From: Phycisphaerae bacterium
GTDB taxonomy: Bacteria; Planctomycetota; Phycisphaerae; Phycisphaerales; SM1A02
Reading direction: 5' to 3'
Assembly: GCA_018665385.1 (NCBI GenBank)
Contig: JABJDN010000080.1
Span: 1 to 43,579, forward strand
Length of the DNA stretch: 43,579 bases
Part shown: positions 16,942 through 26,340 of the stretch, piece after piece
Position numbering within the stretch: position 1 is the first letter of the stretch
Layout: every line of letters begins with the position of its first letter
Made by a program: the position numbers and the translations under genes
The notes under the pieces: generated by a model
Database searches by the model: none
What the model was told of the DNA's origin: nothing
What the model saw: only the letters and a program-made list of their open reading frames with translations

Positions 16942-18975
16942 ATGTCTGAGACTACAATAATGCCCAATCAAGATACCGCACAAATCGACTCTCAACCTAT
17001 GCCCCAAGGCGATTTCGAGGGCGCACAACGCCTTGAACGCAGGCTTCTTGTTGCATTGAGTGGTGGAGTCCTCCTTGCTGTTTCTTGGATAGGCCAACTT
17101 CTTGGTGCACATACACTCGTTTCTGAAATTCCAGCTTCAATCGGTGCGATAATTCTGGTAATTCCGCTACTTGCTGGGGCGTGGAAAGAAATTAAAAAAG
17201 GCAAACCATCAAGCGATGCACTTGCCTCGCTTGCAGTTGTTGCCGCTTTATCAGCTGGCATGTATTTAGCCGCAGGGTTTCTTGCTCTATTCCTTTGGAT
17301 GGCAAATCTTATACTTAGCCGCACTGCTTGGGGAGCGCAACGTGCTATCCGCGACCTTGTAGATTTAACACCTGGAAAAGCCCGTGTTATCGAGGGCGAC
17401 TCTACCAGGGAACTTCCGTTGAAAGATGTTGAAATTGGAATGATTGTTCGCGTGCGACCAGGTGAAAACCTTCCTGCAGACGGCGTTATCATTTCAGGTA
17501 ATTCGGACATTAACCAAGCGTCTCTTACAGGTGAGGCTGTTCCTGTAGAAGCCCAGAGCGGAACAGAAGTGTACGCCGGTACAACAAACCTAACTGGGCA
17601 AATAGATGTCAAGGTAACGGCTGTTGCAGCAGAAACAACAATCGGCAAGGTCGAATCGCTCATTCGCGAAGCAGAATCTACAAGAACAGAAAAGCAAGAA
17701 CTCATCGAGCAACTTGCTTCGTATTATTTTTCAATTGTCGTGATGGTTGCTGCAGTAGTTTGGTTCTTTACAAGCAGAAACGCTGACGAAGCAATTCGTG
17801 GCGCAGCAGCAGTGCGTGCAATTACAGTCCTCGTTGTCACCTGCCCCGGCGGCTTACTGATCGCCCACCCAACTGCAATGGTTGCAGCTTTCGCTGCAGC
17901 AGCGCGCTTGGGGATTATGATTAAACACACCATGACATTGGAAGCTGCTGCTGGCGTAGACACTGTGATAATGGATAAAACGGGAACACTCACTACTGGC
18001 AAATTTGCAGTAAGCAGGCTTGCCCCTGCCGAAGGTATCGAAGGCGCTGCACTCCTGCAGGCAGCAGCGGATGCAGAGCAACACTCAAATCACCCTCTTG
18101 CTAAATCTATTCTAGAAACGGCTATTCAAGCAAACATCAAGCCGGTCAGCGTTGACAATTATGAAGAGGTTCACGGACGAGGTGTCATTGCTCACACAGG
18201 ATCTGCCGATATTTACGCGGGTCGGGGCGCTTGGCTTGTGTCATTAAAAGAAGATATCTCTGCACAAGTTCAAGCAGTTACTGAAAAAATCGAGGGCATG
18301 TCAAGCGTGCACATTATGCGGGGCACAGAGTACCTAGGTGCTGTTGGCCTTGAAGATAAACTTCGCCCACATGCAGCGGACGCTGTTGAAAACATGCGTC
18401 GAAACGGAGTCAGAAGAGTTGCCATCTTTACAGGCGACAGACTTGATGTTGCAAAACGAGTCGCGCAAGCAGTTGGTGTTGATTCTATTGAAGCAGAATG
18501 CTTGCCAGAAGAGAAGCACGACGAACTCAAGTACCTAATCAGCCGAGGACACAGCACTTTGGTAGTTGGTGATGGTATTAACGATGGTCCTATCCTTGCG
18601 ACAGCTGATGTAGGTGTTGCAATGGGTCTAAGTGGCTCTGACATTGCTACAAACTCTGCGGGTGTTGCCTTGATGAACGACGATCTTCGCAACATTCCGT
18701 TCTTGATTTCCCTTGCAAGAAAAACGAAAAGTGTTATTGCACAGAATATTGGAGCGTCACTGCTTCTCGCAATCATCGGGCTTGCACTTGCTGCAACGGG
18801 CAATATAAATATCTGGGTGACACCGTTTTATTACGCGCTCGGTTACGTTGTTGTTATAGCAAACAGTTTACGGTTAATTCGTTTTGGCGAAGAGTTCACG
18901 TCAGTTGTTGAATCTCAACGTCGAATGGAAGAATCGCACGTAGCAAAACCAGAACGACAAATCGCAAGCGCATAG
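16942..18975 (+). CDS. Heavy-metal-translocating P-type ATPase (P1B type) without an N-terminal metal-binding domain
   Basis: Motifs present are TGEAVPV, DKTGTLT, the HP motif (EQHSNHPLA) and GDGINDGP. The transmembrane metal motif reads CPG (nt 17842-17850) rather than CPC. There is no CxxC HMA domain at the N-terminus. Confidence 0.9.
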   Translation: MSETTIMPNQDTAQIDSQPMPQGDFEGAQRLERRLLVALSGGVLLAVSWIGQLLGAHTLVSEIPASIGAIILVIPLLAGAWKEIKKGKPSSDALASLAVVAALSAGMYLAAGFLALFLWMANLILSRTAWGAQRAIRDLVDLTPGKARVIEGDSTRELPLKDVEIGMIVRVRPGENLPADGVIISGNSDINQASLTGEAVPVEAQSGTEVYAGTTNLTGQIDVKVTAVAAETTIGKVESLIREAESTRTEKQELIEQLASYYFSIVVMVAAVVWFFTSRNADEAIRGAAAVRAITVLVVTCPGGLLIAHPTAMVAAFAAAARLGIMIKHTMTLEAAAGVDTVIMDKTGTLTTGKFAVSRLAPAEGIEGAALLQAAADAEQHSNHPLAKSILETAIQANIKPVSVDNYEEVHGRGVIAHTGSADIYAGRGAWLVSLKEDISAQVQAVTEKIEGMSSVHIMRGTEYLGAVGLEDKLRPHAADAVENMRRNGVRRVAIFTGDRLDVAKRVAQAVGVDSIEAECLPEEKHDELKYLISRGHSTLVVGDGINDGPILATADVGVAMGLSGSDIATNSAGVALMNDDLRNIPFLISLARKTKSVIAQNIGASLLLAIIGLALAATGNINIWVTPFYYALGYVVVIANSLRLIRFGEEFTSVVESQRRMEESHVAKPERQIASA

Positions 18976-18986
18976 AAAAACGATAC

Positions 18987-19019
18987 AAAAAAAGGGCGAC
19001 TCTACGAGTCGCCCTTTTT
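18987..19019. terminator. Bidirectional intrinsic terminator between the convergent ATPase gene and fbaB
   Basis: AAAAAAA-GGGCGACTC-TAC-GAGTCGCCC-TTTTT: a 9-bp GC-rich stem (18994-19002 / 19006-19014) flanked by an A-run and a T-run. Confidence 0.8.
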
Positions 19020-19032
19020 GTTTTACATTCTT

Positions 19033-20094
19033 TTATGCAATCGTAATTGAGTCGTCTAGGAAGACATCTTGAATCGCACCGAGCAGTTGCACGCCCTCTT
19101 TCATTGGGCGCTGGAATGCTTTGCGACCTGAAATTAACCCACAGCCACCTGCGCGTTTATTAACAACGGCAGTTTCTACCGCTTGTGCAAAATCGTTTTC
19201 CCCAGAAGCACCACCAGAGTTAATCAAACCACAGCGACCGCTGTAGCAATTCAATACTTGATAACGGCACAAATCAATAGGGTGGTCCGTGCATAATTCT
19301 TCGTACATGCCCGCATGGAACTTGCCGTAGGAAGTGCCACCATCATTCATAGCAACATACCCACCATTGTTTGTTGCCAATTTTTGCTTAATAATATCAG
19401 CTTGAATTGTTACTCCAAGATGGTTAGCCTGCCCTGTTAGGTCTGCAGATGCATGGTAATCAGTGCCACTTGCTTTAAAGTCGCTATTTCGGGTGTAACA
19501 CCACAAAACAGTAGCCATACCGAGTTGATGCGCCATTTCAAAGGCTTCTGCTACTTCTTGTATTTGCCTACTTGACTCTTCAGAGCCAAAGTAAATAGTT
19601 GCGCCAACAGCGGCTGCACCTAAGTTCCAGGCTTCTTCAACTGAGCCAAACATAACTTGGTCGAATGTATTTGGGCTTGTCATTAACTCATTATGGTTCA
19701 GTTTTGCAATGAACGGAATTTTATGCACATAGTCACGAGCAACAGTTCCTAGAACACCAAAGGTAGTAGCAACTGCGTTGCATCCACCTTCAACAGCAAG
19801 TTCGCAAATATTCGCTGGGTCAAAATATGCTGGATTTGGAGTAAATGAGGCACCAGCTGAGTGCTCGATACCTTGGTCAACAGGCAAGATTGAAACATAC
19901 CCTGTACCGCCAAGGCGGCCATGATTGTATATAGATGCAAGATTGCGTAACACTTGCGGATTTCGGTCACTATTTTTCCAAGTACGATCAATAAAATCAT
20001 TTCCTGGAAGATGTAACAATTCTGATGAGACTTTCGCTTTGTAGGAAAGTAAATCATCTGCTTTAGAACCTAAATATTCGACTGTTGAAGTCAT
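19033..20094 (-). CDS. fbaB: Class I fructose-bisphosphate aldolase
   Basis: Colinear along its whole length with E. coli FbaB as I recall it ([36 protein letters not shown]..., KLNHNE..., [19 protein letters not shown]..., INSGGASG..., [20 protein letters not shown]). The ATG at 20094 (353 aa) is preceded by AGGAG. Confidence 0.9.
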   Translation of the reverse strand: MTSTVEYLGSKADDLLSYKAKVSSELLHLPGNDFIDRTWKNSDRNPQVLRNLASIYNHGRLGGTGYVSILPVDQGIEHSAGASFTPNPAYFDPANICELAVEGGCNAVATTFGVLGTVARDYVHKIPFIAKLNHNELMTSPNTFDQVMFGSVEEAWNLGAAAVGATIYFGSEESSRQIQEVAEAFEMAHQLGMATVLWCYTRNSDFKASGTDYHASADLTGQANHLGVTIQADIIKQKLATNNGGYVAMNDGGTSYGKFHAGMYEELCTDHPIDLCRYQVLNCYSGRCGLINSGGASGENDFAQAVETAVVNKRAGGCGLISGRKAFQRPMKEGVQLLGAIQDVFLDDSITIA

Positions 20095-20100
20095 GTGTGT

Positions 20101-20122
20101 CTCCTGTACTATTGGGATTATA
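20101..20122 (-). promoter_or_regulatory. Putative fbaB promoter -10 box (TATAAT, 20122-20117) and Shine-Dalgarno sequence (AGGAG, 20105-20101)
   Basis: The minus strand reads AAAAGG-TATAAT-CCCAATAGTAC-AGGAG-ACACAC-ATG. That gives a perfect -10 hexamer and an SD 6 nt from the start codon. No recognisable -35 is present, because that space is occupied by the palindromic array. Confidence 0.5.
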
Positions 20123-20128
20123 CCTTTT

Positions 20129-20185
20129 AGGGTCTGGTACAGGGTCTGGTACACAAAAAGTGTACCAGACCCTGTACCAGACCCT
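20129..20185. repeat. Perfect 26-bp-arm palindrome made of 2 + 2 copies of a 12-bp unit (AGGGTCTGGTAC)
   Basis: AGGGTCTGGTAC AGGGTCTGGTAC AC-AAAAA-GT GTACCAGACCCT GTACCAGACCCT. The arms at 20129-20154 and 20160-20185 are exact reverse complements. Confidence 0.95.
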
Positions 20186-20198
20186 GAGCAGAGCCTAG

Positions 20199-21767
20199 TT
20201 ACGTTGCCACAGCTTGACCATCTCTGCGAGAATCGCTTGCGCCAGCATAGCCATCCTCAATACCTTGGACAATTTGCCCGCCACCAAAGGCGACTGTTCT
20301 GCTGATAGCCACTTCCAGTTCGTGGCCTAATGCTCGAAGAGATTCGTATACAGAATCGTCAAACCCTGGCTCGATTGCAATTTTTTTCCCGCCAATCAAC
20401 TTCCATCTAGGTGCGTCAAGCGCGGCCTGTGGATTCTGTTTTGCAAAGACCATTCTGCAAACAACCTGCAAATGCCCCTGCGGTTGCATTGGTCCTCCCA
20501 TAACTCCGAACGGTGTTCGCAGATTTCCCTGTTCAAGGAAACCTGGAATAATGGTATGAAACGGCCGTTTGTTTGGACCGATGCAATTCGGGTGTTCTGG
20601 GTCAAGAGAAAAGCCACGTCCACGATTCTGCAAGGCGATACCTGTTCCAGGAACAATCATGCCAGACCCGAACCCTTCAAAGTTACTTTGAATAAACGAA
20701 CACTGCATACCGTGCTCATCTCCTGTTGCTAAATATACAGTAGATGAATAACGAGGGATAACATCCGAGTCAATGATTGTTGCTTCTGATGTTATCGAGC
20801 CGCAATGAGTTTGGATTCGCTCGTCTTCTAGCAAGTCTGTGCAATCGCCACATATATCTGGGTCCGCAACGAATGCATGCGCGTCTGCGAATGCTCGTTT
20901 CATGGCTTCTATTTGCACATGCAACACTTTTGGATCGTCGCAATCTGAGAGGTCTACCCCGTTTGCCTCAACAATCTTCATAGCAATAAGTGCTGCTATG
21001 CCTTGTCCGTTTGGCGGTAACTCATAAAACTTGGCATCTCCAACTTGAACAGAAATCGGCTCAACCCACTCGCTTGTATGATTTTCTAAATCTGCTTTTC
21101 GCAAAAAACCGCCACTCTTTTGAGAGGCCGCATCAATCTGTTCTGCGAGTGCTCCATTGTAAAAAGATTCACCTGCAGTTTCTGCAATTTCCTCTAGAGT
21201 GTTGGCGTGGTTTGGAAGTGTTATCAACTGACCAACCTCAGGAGCTTTGCCATCGAACAAGAACGTGTCGCACCATGATTTCGAATCTCGAAAGCGGTCT
21301 GTGCCATTTTTCCAACGCGTCGCAGTTTGCGGTGAAACGAGGAATCCATCTCTTGCATATTTAATTGCAGGTTCAAACAGTTCTTTGAAAGTAAGTTTTC
21401 CAAACCGTTCGTGCAAGAGTACCCAAACTGAAATTTGCCCAGGAACAGTCACTGGCAACCATCCTATTGATGGTATCTCGCCTTCTATTTCTGTTGGCAT
21501 GAGCGCTGGAGATTTTCCAGAACCATTGATGCCGTATATTTTTTCGCCATCGTGCACGATAGCAAAGGCGTCCCCGCCTATACCGTTCGCGCATGGCTCA
21601 ACCACTGTTGAAACAATCGCGGCAGCAAGCGCGGCATCAACTGCGTTGCCCCCTCTTCGAATCATTTCTACACCTGCTTGTGAAGCAAGGGGCTGCGAGC
21701 AAGCCACAACATTCTTCCCAACTACAGCTTCGCGACTCGAAGAATACGGAAGAGACCAATCTATCAT
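20199..21767 (-). CDS. ggt: Gamma-glutamyltransferase family protein (no evident signal peptide)
   Basis: [47 protein letters not shown]...[12 protein letters not shown] is the autoprocessing Thr region and core of GGT/YwrD-like enzymes. The ATG at 21767 forms an ATGA overlap with the mnmA stop. Confidence 0.85.
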   Translation of the reverse strand: MIDWSLPYSSSREAVVGKNVVACSQPLASQAGVEMIRRGGNAVDAALAAAIVSTVVEPCANGIGGDAFAIVHDGEKIYGINGSGKSPALMPTEIEGEIPSIGWLPVTVPGQISVWVLLHERFGKLTFKELFEPAIKYARDGFLVSPQTATRWKNGTDRFRDSKSWCDTFLFDGKAPEVGQLITLPNHANTLEEIAETAGESFYNGALAEQIDAASQKSGGFLRKADLENHTSEWVEPISVQVGDAKFYELPPNGQGIAALIAMKIVEANGVDLSDCDDPKVLHVQIEAMKRAFADAHAFVADPDICGDCTDLLEDERIQTHCGSITSEATIIDSDVIPRYSSTVYLATGDEHGMQCSFIQSNFEGFGSGMIVPGTGIALQNRGRGFSLDPEHPNCIGPNKRPFHTIIPGFLEQGNLRTPFGVMGGPMQPQGHLQVVCRMVFAKQNPQAALDAPRWKLIGGKKIAIEPGFDDSVYESLRALGHELEVAISRTVAFGGGQIVQGIEDGYAGASDSRRDGQAVAT

Positions 21768-22840
21768 GAAACTTGCCCAATCCATCCACCGCATATAACT
21801 TTTGTGCCTTGGTAACAAACGACTGCTTGGCCGGGCGCTCCACCTCGCTGAGGTTCATCAAACTGAACTTCGATTGTATCGCCCTTCTTTCTTACTTTCC
21901 CATGAGCGGCAGGCGTGTTGTATCTGATCTTCGCCTTGCAAGGCGTCCACTCTTCGCACTCGTCTATAAGCCAATTCGTTTCGTTTGCCACAACTATGTT
22001 TGTATCGAGTAATTCTGATCCGCCAATCGTAACCGTGTTGAGAACTGGGTCTTTTGCTACTACATACGCTGGCTTACTAAGGGCGATGCCCAAACCGCGA
22101 CGTTGCCCAATCGTAAATTTTTGTTGTCCTTCGTGCGAGCCAATAACATTGCCCTCTGTGTCAAGTACTTCGCCCTTCTGCATGCTTCCAGGAGTTTTCT
22201 TCGAAATCAAATTCGCGTAGTTATCATCTGGAACAAAACAAATTTCTTGTGAGTCTGGTTTGTTAAACACGGGCAAATTGAATTCTTTTGCTAAATCTCG
22301 TACTTCGCTCTTTTGAAGATGCCCAATAGGCAACATCATCTCTCCAATTCGATTTCGGTTCGCTCCAAATAAAACATAACTTTGATCTTTACCCTCGTCT
22401 GCTCCCATATGCAATTCGGCACCATCGTTACCTTGAAGTATTTGTGCATGGTGCCCCGAAGCAACGTATTTCGCACCAATTGATTTTGCGTAATCGTGCA
22501 ACTTACCAAACTTCAACCAATCGTTGCATCGCACGCATGGGTTTGGGGTACGACCAGCGTTGTATTCATCCACAAAGTAATCGATGATTCTTCCAAAATC
22601 GTCTTTGAAGTCTAATGCGTAGAAAGACATTCCAAGTTTTGCAGAGATTGTTCTTGCATCGTTCGCATCGTTAATTGAGCAACAACCCTTATGACCAATT
22701 TTGACATCTGGATCTAAATCATCGCCTGCACTGCCAAGGCGCATAAAGCAACCGACCACTTCGTGCCCTTTTTGTGCAAGAAGTGCAGCAGCAACTGAAG
22801 AGTCCACCCCACCTGACATAGCCATGAGTATTTTTGCCAT
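21764..22840 (-). CDS. mnmA: tRNA 2-thiouridine(34) synthase
   Basis: PP-loop MSGGVDSSVAA, GRTPNPCVRCN and the overall MnmA layout. 358 aa. Confidence 0.95.
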   Translation of the reverse strand: MAKILMAMSGGVDSSVAAALLAQKGHEVVGCFMRLGSAGDDLDPDVKIGHKGCCSINDANDARTISAKLGMSFYALDFKDDFGRIIDYFVDEYNAGRTPNPCVRCNDWLKFGKLHDYAKSIGAKYVASGHHAQILQGNDGAELHMGADEGKDQSYVLFGANRNRIGEMMLPIGHLQKSEVRDLAKEFNLPVFNKPDSQEICFVPDDNYANLISKKTPGSMQKGEVLDTEGNVIGSHEGQQKFTIGQRRGLGIALSKPAYVVAKDPVLNTVTIGGSELLDTNIVVANETNWLIDECEEWTPCKAKIRYNTPAAHGKVRKKGDTIEVQFDEPQRGGAPGQAVVCYQGTKVICGGWIGQVS

Positions 22841-22873
22841 AGAGTTGTATTGTAACCGTGCTATGATGAATGC

Positions 22874-23836
22874 ATGCTTGTATATGCAGGAATTGATGAA
22901 GCTGGCTATGGACCCATGTTTGGACCGCTTTGCGTAGGCTCATGTGTGCTGGTTCTTCAAGACCATAATCCAGCAGACGGGGCGCCTGATATGTGGGGGC
23001 TTCTTGACCACATTATCTGCAAAAAAAGGAAAGATGCAAAGCATAAAATAGCGGTCAACGATTCCAAGCAACTCAAGTCCAATGCAAAGAAAAAAGCTCT
23101 GACGCATTTAGAGCGAGGTGTATTTGCTTTTTTGAGCGCAATGGGAAAAGAACTCCCTGAAAACGATGTGGAGTTTTTCCAAACACTTCGATGCGAAATT
23201 GCCCCATCGCCTTGGTACGACTCGCAAACTCACCTTCCGGTTGGCAATGACATTAACCTTTTACGCATTGACTGCTCAAGGTTGAAAACTGCACTTAGCG
23301 ACGCTCGTATCACTTGCGGCCTGATGGAATGCACGGCTGTTGATGTCGAAAAGTACAACGAGCGTACAGCCAATGCTACTAAATCTGCTTTGAACTTTGC
23401 GGTTGCTATGGGGCATGTACATCGAATTATCCAAAAATATCCAACGGAACATCCGAGAATCATGATCGACAGGCATGGTGGAAAAATTAAATACAGAAAC
23501 GATTTGCAATTGTTTTGGCCGGAAGCAAAAATCCAAGTCTTAATTGAAGACCCCGCACTGAGCCGGTATAGAGTGAACATCAATGGCAAACTTGCAACAA
23601 TGACTTTCGCATCTAAAACTGACGAACATCATATGCCCGCCGCTCTCGCTTCGATGATTGCGAAATACACACGCGAATTGCACATGCTTCGGTTCAACAA
23701 GTACTTCGTCTCTGAAATGCCCGAACTCAAGCCCACTGCTGGCTATGTCCAAGATGGGCGACGATTTCTTCAGGAAATCGATCCAATTTTGGACCAAAAT
23801 GGCATAAAACGCGAACTCCTCGTCCGTTCTTCCTAA
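22874..23836 (+). CDS. RNase HII-family (RNase H2-like) protein, unusually long
   Basis: N-terminal AGIDEAGYGPMFGPL (DEAG catalytic motif), VNDSKQL and ALASMIAKYTRE match RNase HII motifs. The protein is 320 aa, with about 100 extra residues between the DSK and AK motifs. Confidence 0.5.
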   Translation: MLVYAGIDEAGYGPMFGPLCVGSCVLVLQDHNPADGAPDMWGLLDHIICKKRKDAKHKIAVNDSKQLKSNAKKKALTHLERGVFAFLSAMGKELPENDVEFFQTLRCEIAPSPWYDSQTHLPVGNDINLLRIDCSRLKTALSDARITCGLMECTAVDVEKYNERTANATKSALNFAVAMGHVHRIIQKYPTEHPRIMIDRHGGKIKYRNDLQLFWPEAKIQVLIEDPALSRYRVNINGKLATMTFASKTDEHHMPAALASMIAKYTRELHMLRFNKYFVSEMPELKPTAGYVQDGRRFLQEIDPILDQNGIKRELLVRSS

Positions 23837-23843
23837 AAAAGTG

Positions 23844-23871
23844 TTGACGAAGGTCTTTATTCGTATAAAAT
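23844..23871 (+). promoter_or_regulatory. Putative sigma-70-type promoter (TTGACG - 16 nt - TAAAAT)
   Basis: TTGACG at 23844-23849 and TAAAAT at 23866-23871, about 300 nt upstream of the fusA start codon. No credible ORF lies between them. Confidence 0.45.
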
Positions 23872-24168
23872 GCTGTGCTTGCCACTCTTTTTGCGAACGT
23901 CGCAATACAGAGTTTGGCGTCACTTGGCCTCAGTCGTAGCTTTGCTGCGACGCAGCGGAAGGAGTTTCCCGTTGCAAGAAGATGATGAAGAAGAGGCCCA
24001 ACTGCACTGATTTGACCCAACAGGGTTTCAGGAAAGCTTGGGCCCGACCGGAATACATATTCCAAAAATAGTGTTCGTTACAAAACAACAAATGAATATA
24101 CCCGCAGCATGTGCAACGGGTACGAGATATCAGAGATAGGGCTATGCAAGCCCGAATGGTGTAGAACA

Positions 24169-26280
24169 ATGGAAAAAAATCTAGCATTAACAAGAAACAT
24201 CGGCATTTGCGCTCACATTGACGCTGGTAAAACAACTGTCACAGAACGCATCCTGTATTACACAGGCAAGAGTTACAAAATTGGCGAAGTGCACGAAGGC
24301 ACTGCAACAATGGACTTCCTTGAAGAAGAACAAGAACGCGGCATTACTATTCAGTCCGCGGCTACTACTTGTCCATGGGAATACGACGGTGACGAATACA
24401 CCGTTAACTTGATTGATACTCCCGGGCACGTTGACTTCACAATCGAAGTTGAACGATCCATGCGAGTTCTCGATGGAGCGGTTGCTGTATTCGACGGCAA
24501 AGAAGGTGTTGAAGCGCAATCAGAAACAGTATGGCGTCAAGCTGACAGGTATAACGTTCCACGTCTTTGCCTTATTAACAAAATGGACAAGATTGGTGCT
24601 GACTTTGAATTTAGTTTCGGCACACTTCGTGATCGCTTAGGCGCAAACGCTATCGCAGTTCAACTGCCAATCGGTGCTGGTGATACTTTTGAAGGTATTG
24701 TGGACCTCATTGAGATGAAAGCATACTACTTCGACCAAAGCGACATGGGCGCGGTAGTTGAACAGCGCGATGTTCCAGAAGACATGGTCGATATGGCCCA
24801 AATCTGGCGTCACGATATCATCGAAAAAATTGCTGAACTGGATGATGAACTTACAGAACTTTACCTTGAAGACGAATCTGCAATCACGGAAGCGCAACTG
24901 AAAGCTGCACTTCGTAGAGCAACTATCGAACTTCGTGCGTTCCCAACGTATTGTGGTTCTGCACTAAAAAACATTGGTGTTCAACGCGTATTGAACGGTG
25001 TTATCGAATACCTACCAAACCCTTCTGAAGTTCCAGACGTTCAAGGAACAAACCCACGCGACGAAGACGAAAAACTTACGCGTCCAAATGGCGAAGATGC
25101 GCCATTCTCAGGTCTTGTGTTTAAAGTGGTAAGTGACTCACATGGTGACTTAACGTATGTACGAGTGTACTCCGGCCGCCTTGAAAAAGGCAGCCGAGTT
25201 CTTAACCCAGGCAATGGTCGCAAAGAAAACGTATCTCGAATTTACGAAATGCACGCGAAAGATCGCGACTCATTAGACTTTGCAGGTGCGGGTTCAATCG
25301 TTGCTGTTATTGGCTTGAAAAATTCGGTAACTGGTGACACGCTTTGTGATATTAACGACCCAATTATCCTTGAACGAATGCACTTCCCTGACCCTGTGAT
25401 TTCAATGTCAATTGAACCAATTACAAACGATGATAAGAAAAAACTTGGCGAAGCACTCACTACAATTCGTCGAGAAGACCCGTCATTCCATGCAAATTAC
25501 AATGATGAAACAGGCGAGACTATCATCGCAGGCATGGGTGAACTTCACCTTGAAATCGTGAAGAACAAACTTACACGTGATCTTAAAATTGGCGTAAACG
25601 TTGGTCAGCCACGCGTTTCCTATCGCGAAACGATTACTGGCGCTGCAGAAAATGTTCGCGGTAGATTCGTGAAGCAATCTGGTGGCCGTGGCCAGTTTGG
25701 TGATGTTGTCATGAACGTTCGCCCGATGACTGCTGCAGAAGCAAAAGAGCAAGAATATGTCATGAAAAACGGTGTCGTCTTTATTGATAATATTTCACAC
25801 GGTGCAATCCCACGTGAGTACGTCCCTTCAGTGCAACATGGTGCTCGAAATGCTGCGGCATCAGGCATCCTTGGCGGTTACCCAATGGTAAACGTTTGTG
25901 TTGAGCTCGTTGATGGTTCGTACCACGAAGTTGACTCAAGCCAAGTTGCGTTTGAACAAGCTGGTGCCCTCGGTTTCCGAGAAGCATGTACAAAAGCTGG
26001 ACTCGCTCTTCTTGAACCGATTATGAAAGTTATCATCACTACTCCAGACGAATTTTTCGGCCCAGTGAGTGGCGACCTTTCTAGCCGCCGTGGTCAAATC
26101 AATGACTCTGAACTTCGAGGTATTGTCCGAATCATTAATGCTGAAGTTCCACTTTCAGAAATGTTTGGCTACACCACTGTCCTTCGCGGCATGACTCAAG
26201 GACGCGCTTCAAGCACAATGGAACCTTCTGAGTACCGTTTGATGCCAGAAAATCTTAAGAAAGAAGTTCTTAAAGCATAA
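24169..26280 (+). CDS. fusA: Elongation factor G
   Basis: G motifs [17 protein letters not shown] and NKMD, and a full five-domain length (703 aa from the ATG at 24169, N-terminus [13 protein letters not shown]). It is not adjacent to rpsL/rpsG/tuf in this window. Confidence 0.95.
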   Translation: MEKNLALTRNIGICAHIDAGKTTVTERILYYTGKSYKIGEVHEGTATMDFLEEEQERGITIQSAATTCPWEYDGDEYTVNLIDTPGHVDFTIEVERSMRVLDGAVAVFDGKEGVEAQSETVWRQADRYNVPRLCLINKMDKIGADFEFSFGTLRDRLGANAIAVQLPIGAGDTFEGIVDLIEMKAYYFDQSDMGAVVEQRDVPEDMVDMAQIWRHDIIEKIAELDDELTELYLEDESAITEAQLKAALRRATIELRAFPTYCGSALKNIGVQRVLNGVIEYLPNPSEVPDVQGTNPRDEDEKLTRPNGEDAPFSGLVFKVVSDSHGDLTYVRVYSGRLEKGSRVLNPGNGRKENVSRIYEMHAKDRDSLDFAGAGSIVAVIGLKNSVTGDTLCDINDPIILERMHFPDPVISMSIEPITNDDKKKLGEALTTIRREDPSFHANYNDETGETIIAGMGELHLEIVKNKLTRDLKIGVNVGQPRVSYRETITGAAENVRGRFVKQSGGRGQFGDVVMNVRPMTAAEAKEQEYVMKNGVVFIDNISHGAIPREYVPSVQHGARNAAASGILGGYPMVNVCVELVDGSYHEVDSSQVAFEQAGALGFREACTKAGLALLEPIMKVIITTPDEFFGPVSGDLSSRRGQINDSELRGIVRIINAEVPLSEMFGYTTVLRGMTQGRASSTMEPSEYRLMPENLKKEVLKA

Positions 26281-26299
26281 CGTAGTATATATCTAACAA

Positions 26300-26338
26300 G
26301 GACCGCAAATGGCTTCAACCATCTGCGGTCCTTTTTTT
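26300..26338 (+). terminator. Intrinsic terminator of fusA
   Basis: GGACCGCA-(loop)-TGCGGTCC 8-bp stem followed by TTTTTTT, 20 nt after the fusA stop. Confidence 0.8.
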
Positions 26339-26340
26339 AT

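Noticed and set aside
16992-17705. Long antisense ORFs inside well-supported genes. Examples are 16992-17705 and 18270-18803 opposite the P-type ATPase, 33883-34500 opposite prmC, 36054-36623 opposite putA, and 10026-10496 opposite the DUF4159-like gene.
   Set aside because: Each lies fully within a gene with strong motif support on the other strand. Their products are low-complexity, Ser/Ala/Arg-rich and carry no recognisable motifs, so they are shadow ORFs.
20129-20185. The 26-bp-stem hairpin could be a canonical intrinsic terminator for ggt.
   Set aside because: No U-tract follows the stem on either strand: the minus strand continues AAAAGG and the plus strand GAGCAG. A non-canonical terminator role remains possible and is noted in the finding.
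23982-24071. Two small ORFs lie in the fusA upstream region. One is 29 codons ([29 protein letters not shown]). The other, about 46 codons, starts at 23870.
   Set aside because: Neither has a convincing ribosome-binding site at proper spacing. The 23870 ATG overlaps the putative -10 box. Their composition is not distinguishable from chance, so I kept them only as a caveat to the leader/sRNA finding.
24109-24168. The ORF track gives N-terminal extensions at 4422 (ispA), 8012 (methyltransferase), 9736, 11742, 12682 (thioesterase), 16873 (gpsA), 20154 (fbaB), 21818 (ggt), 24109 (fusA), 32599 (ABC ATPase) and 39456 (kef).
   Set aside because: The extensions overlap neighbouring genes or promoter elements and add residues absent from the conserved N-termini of these families. 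Internal ATGs give canonical N-termini and standard lengths.
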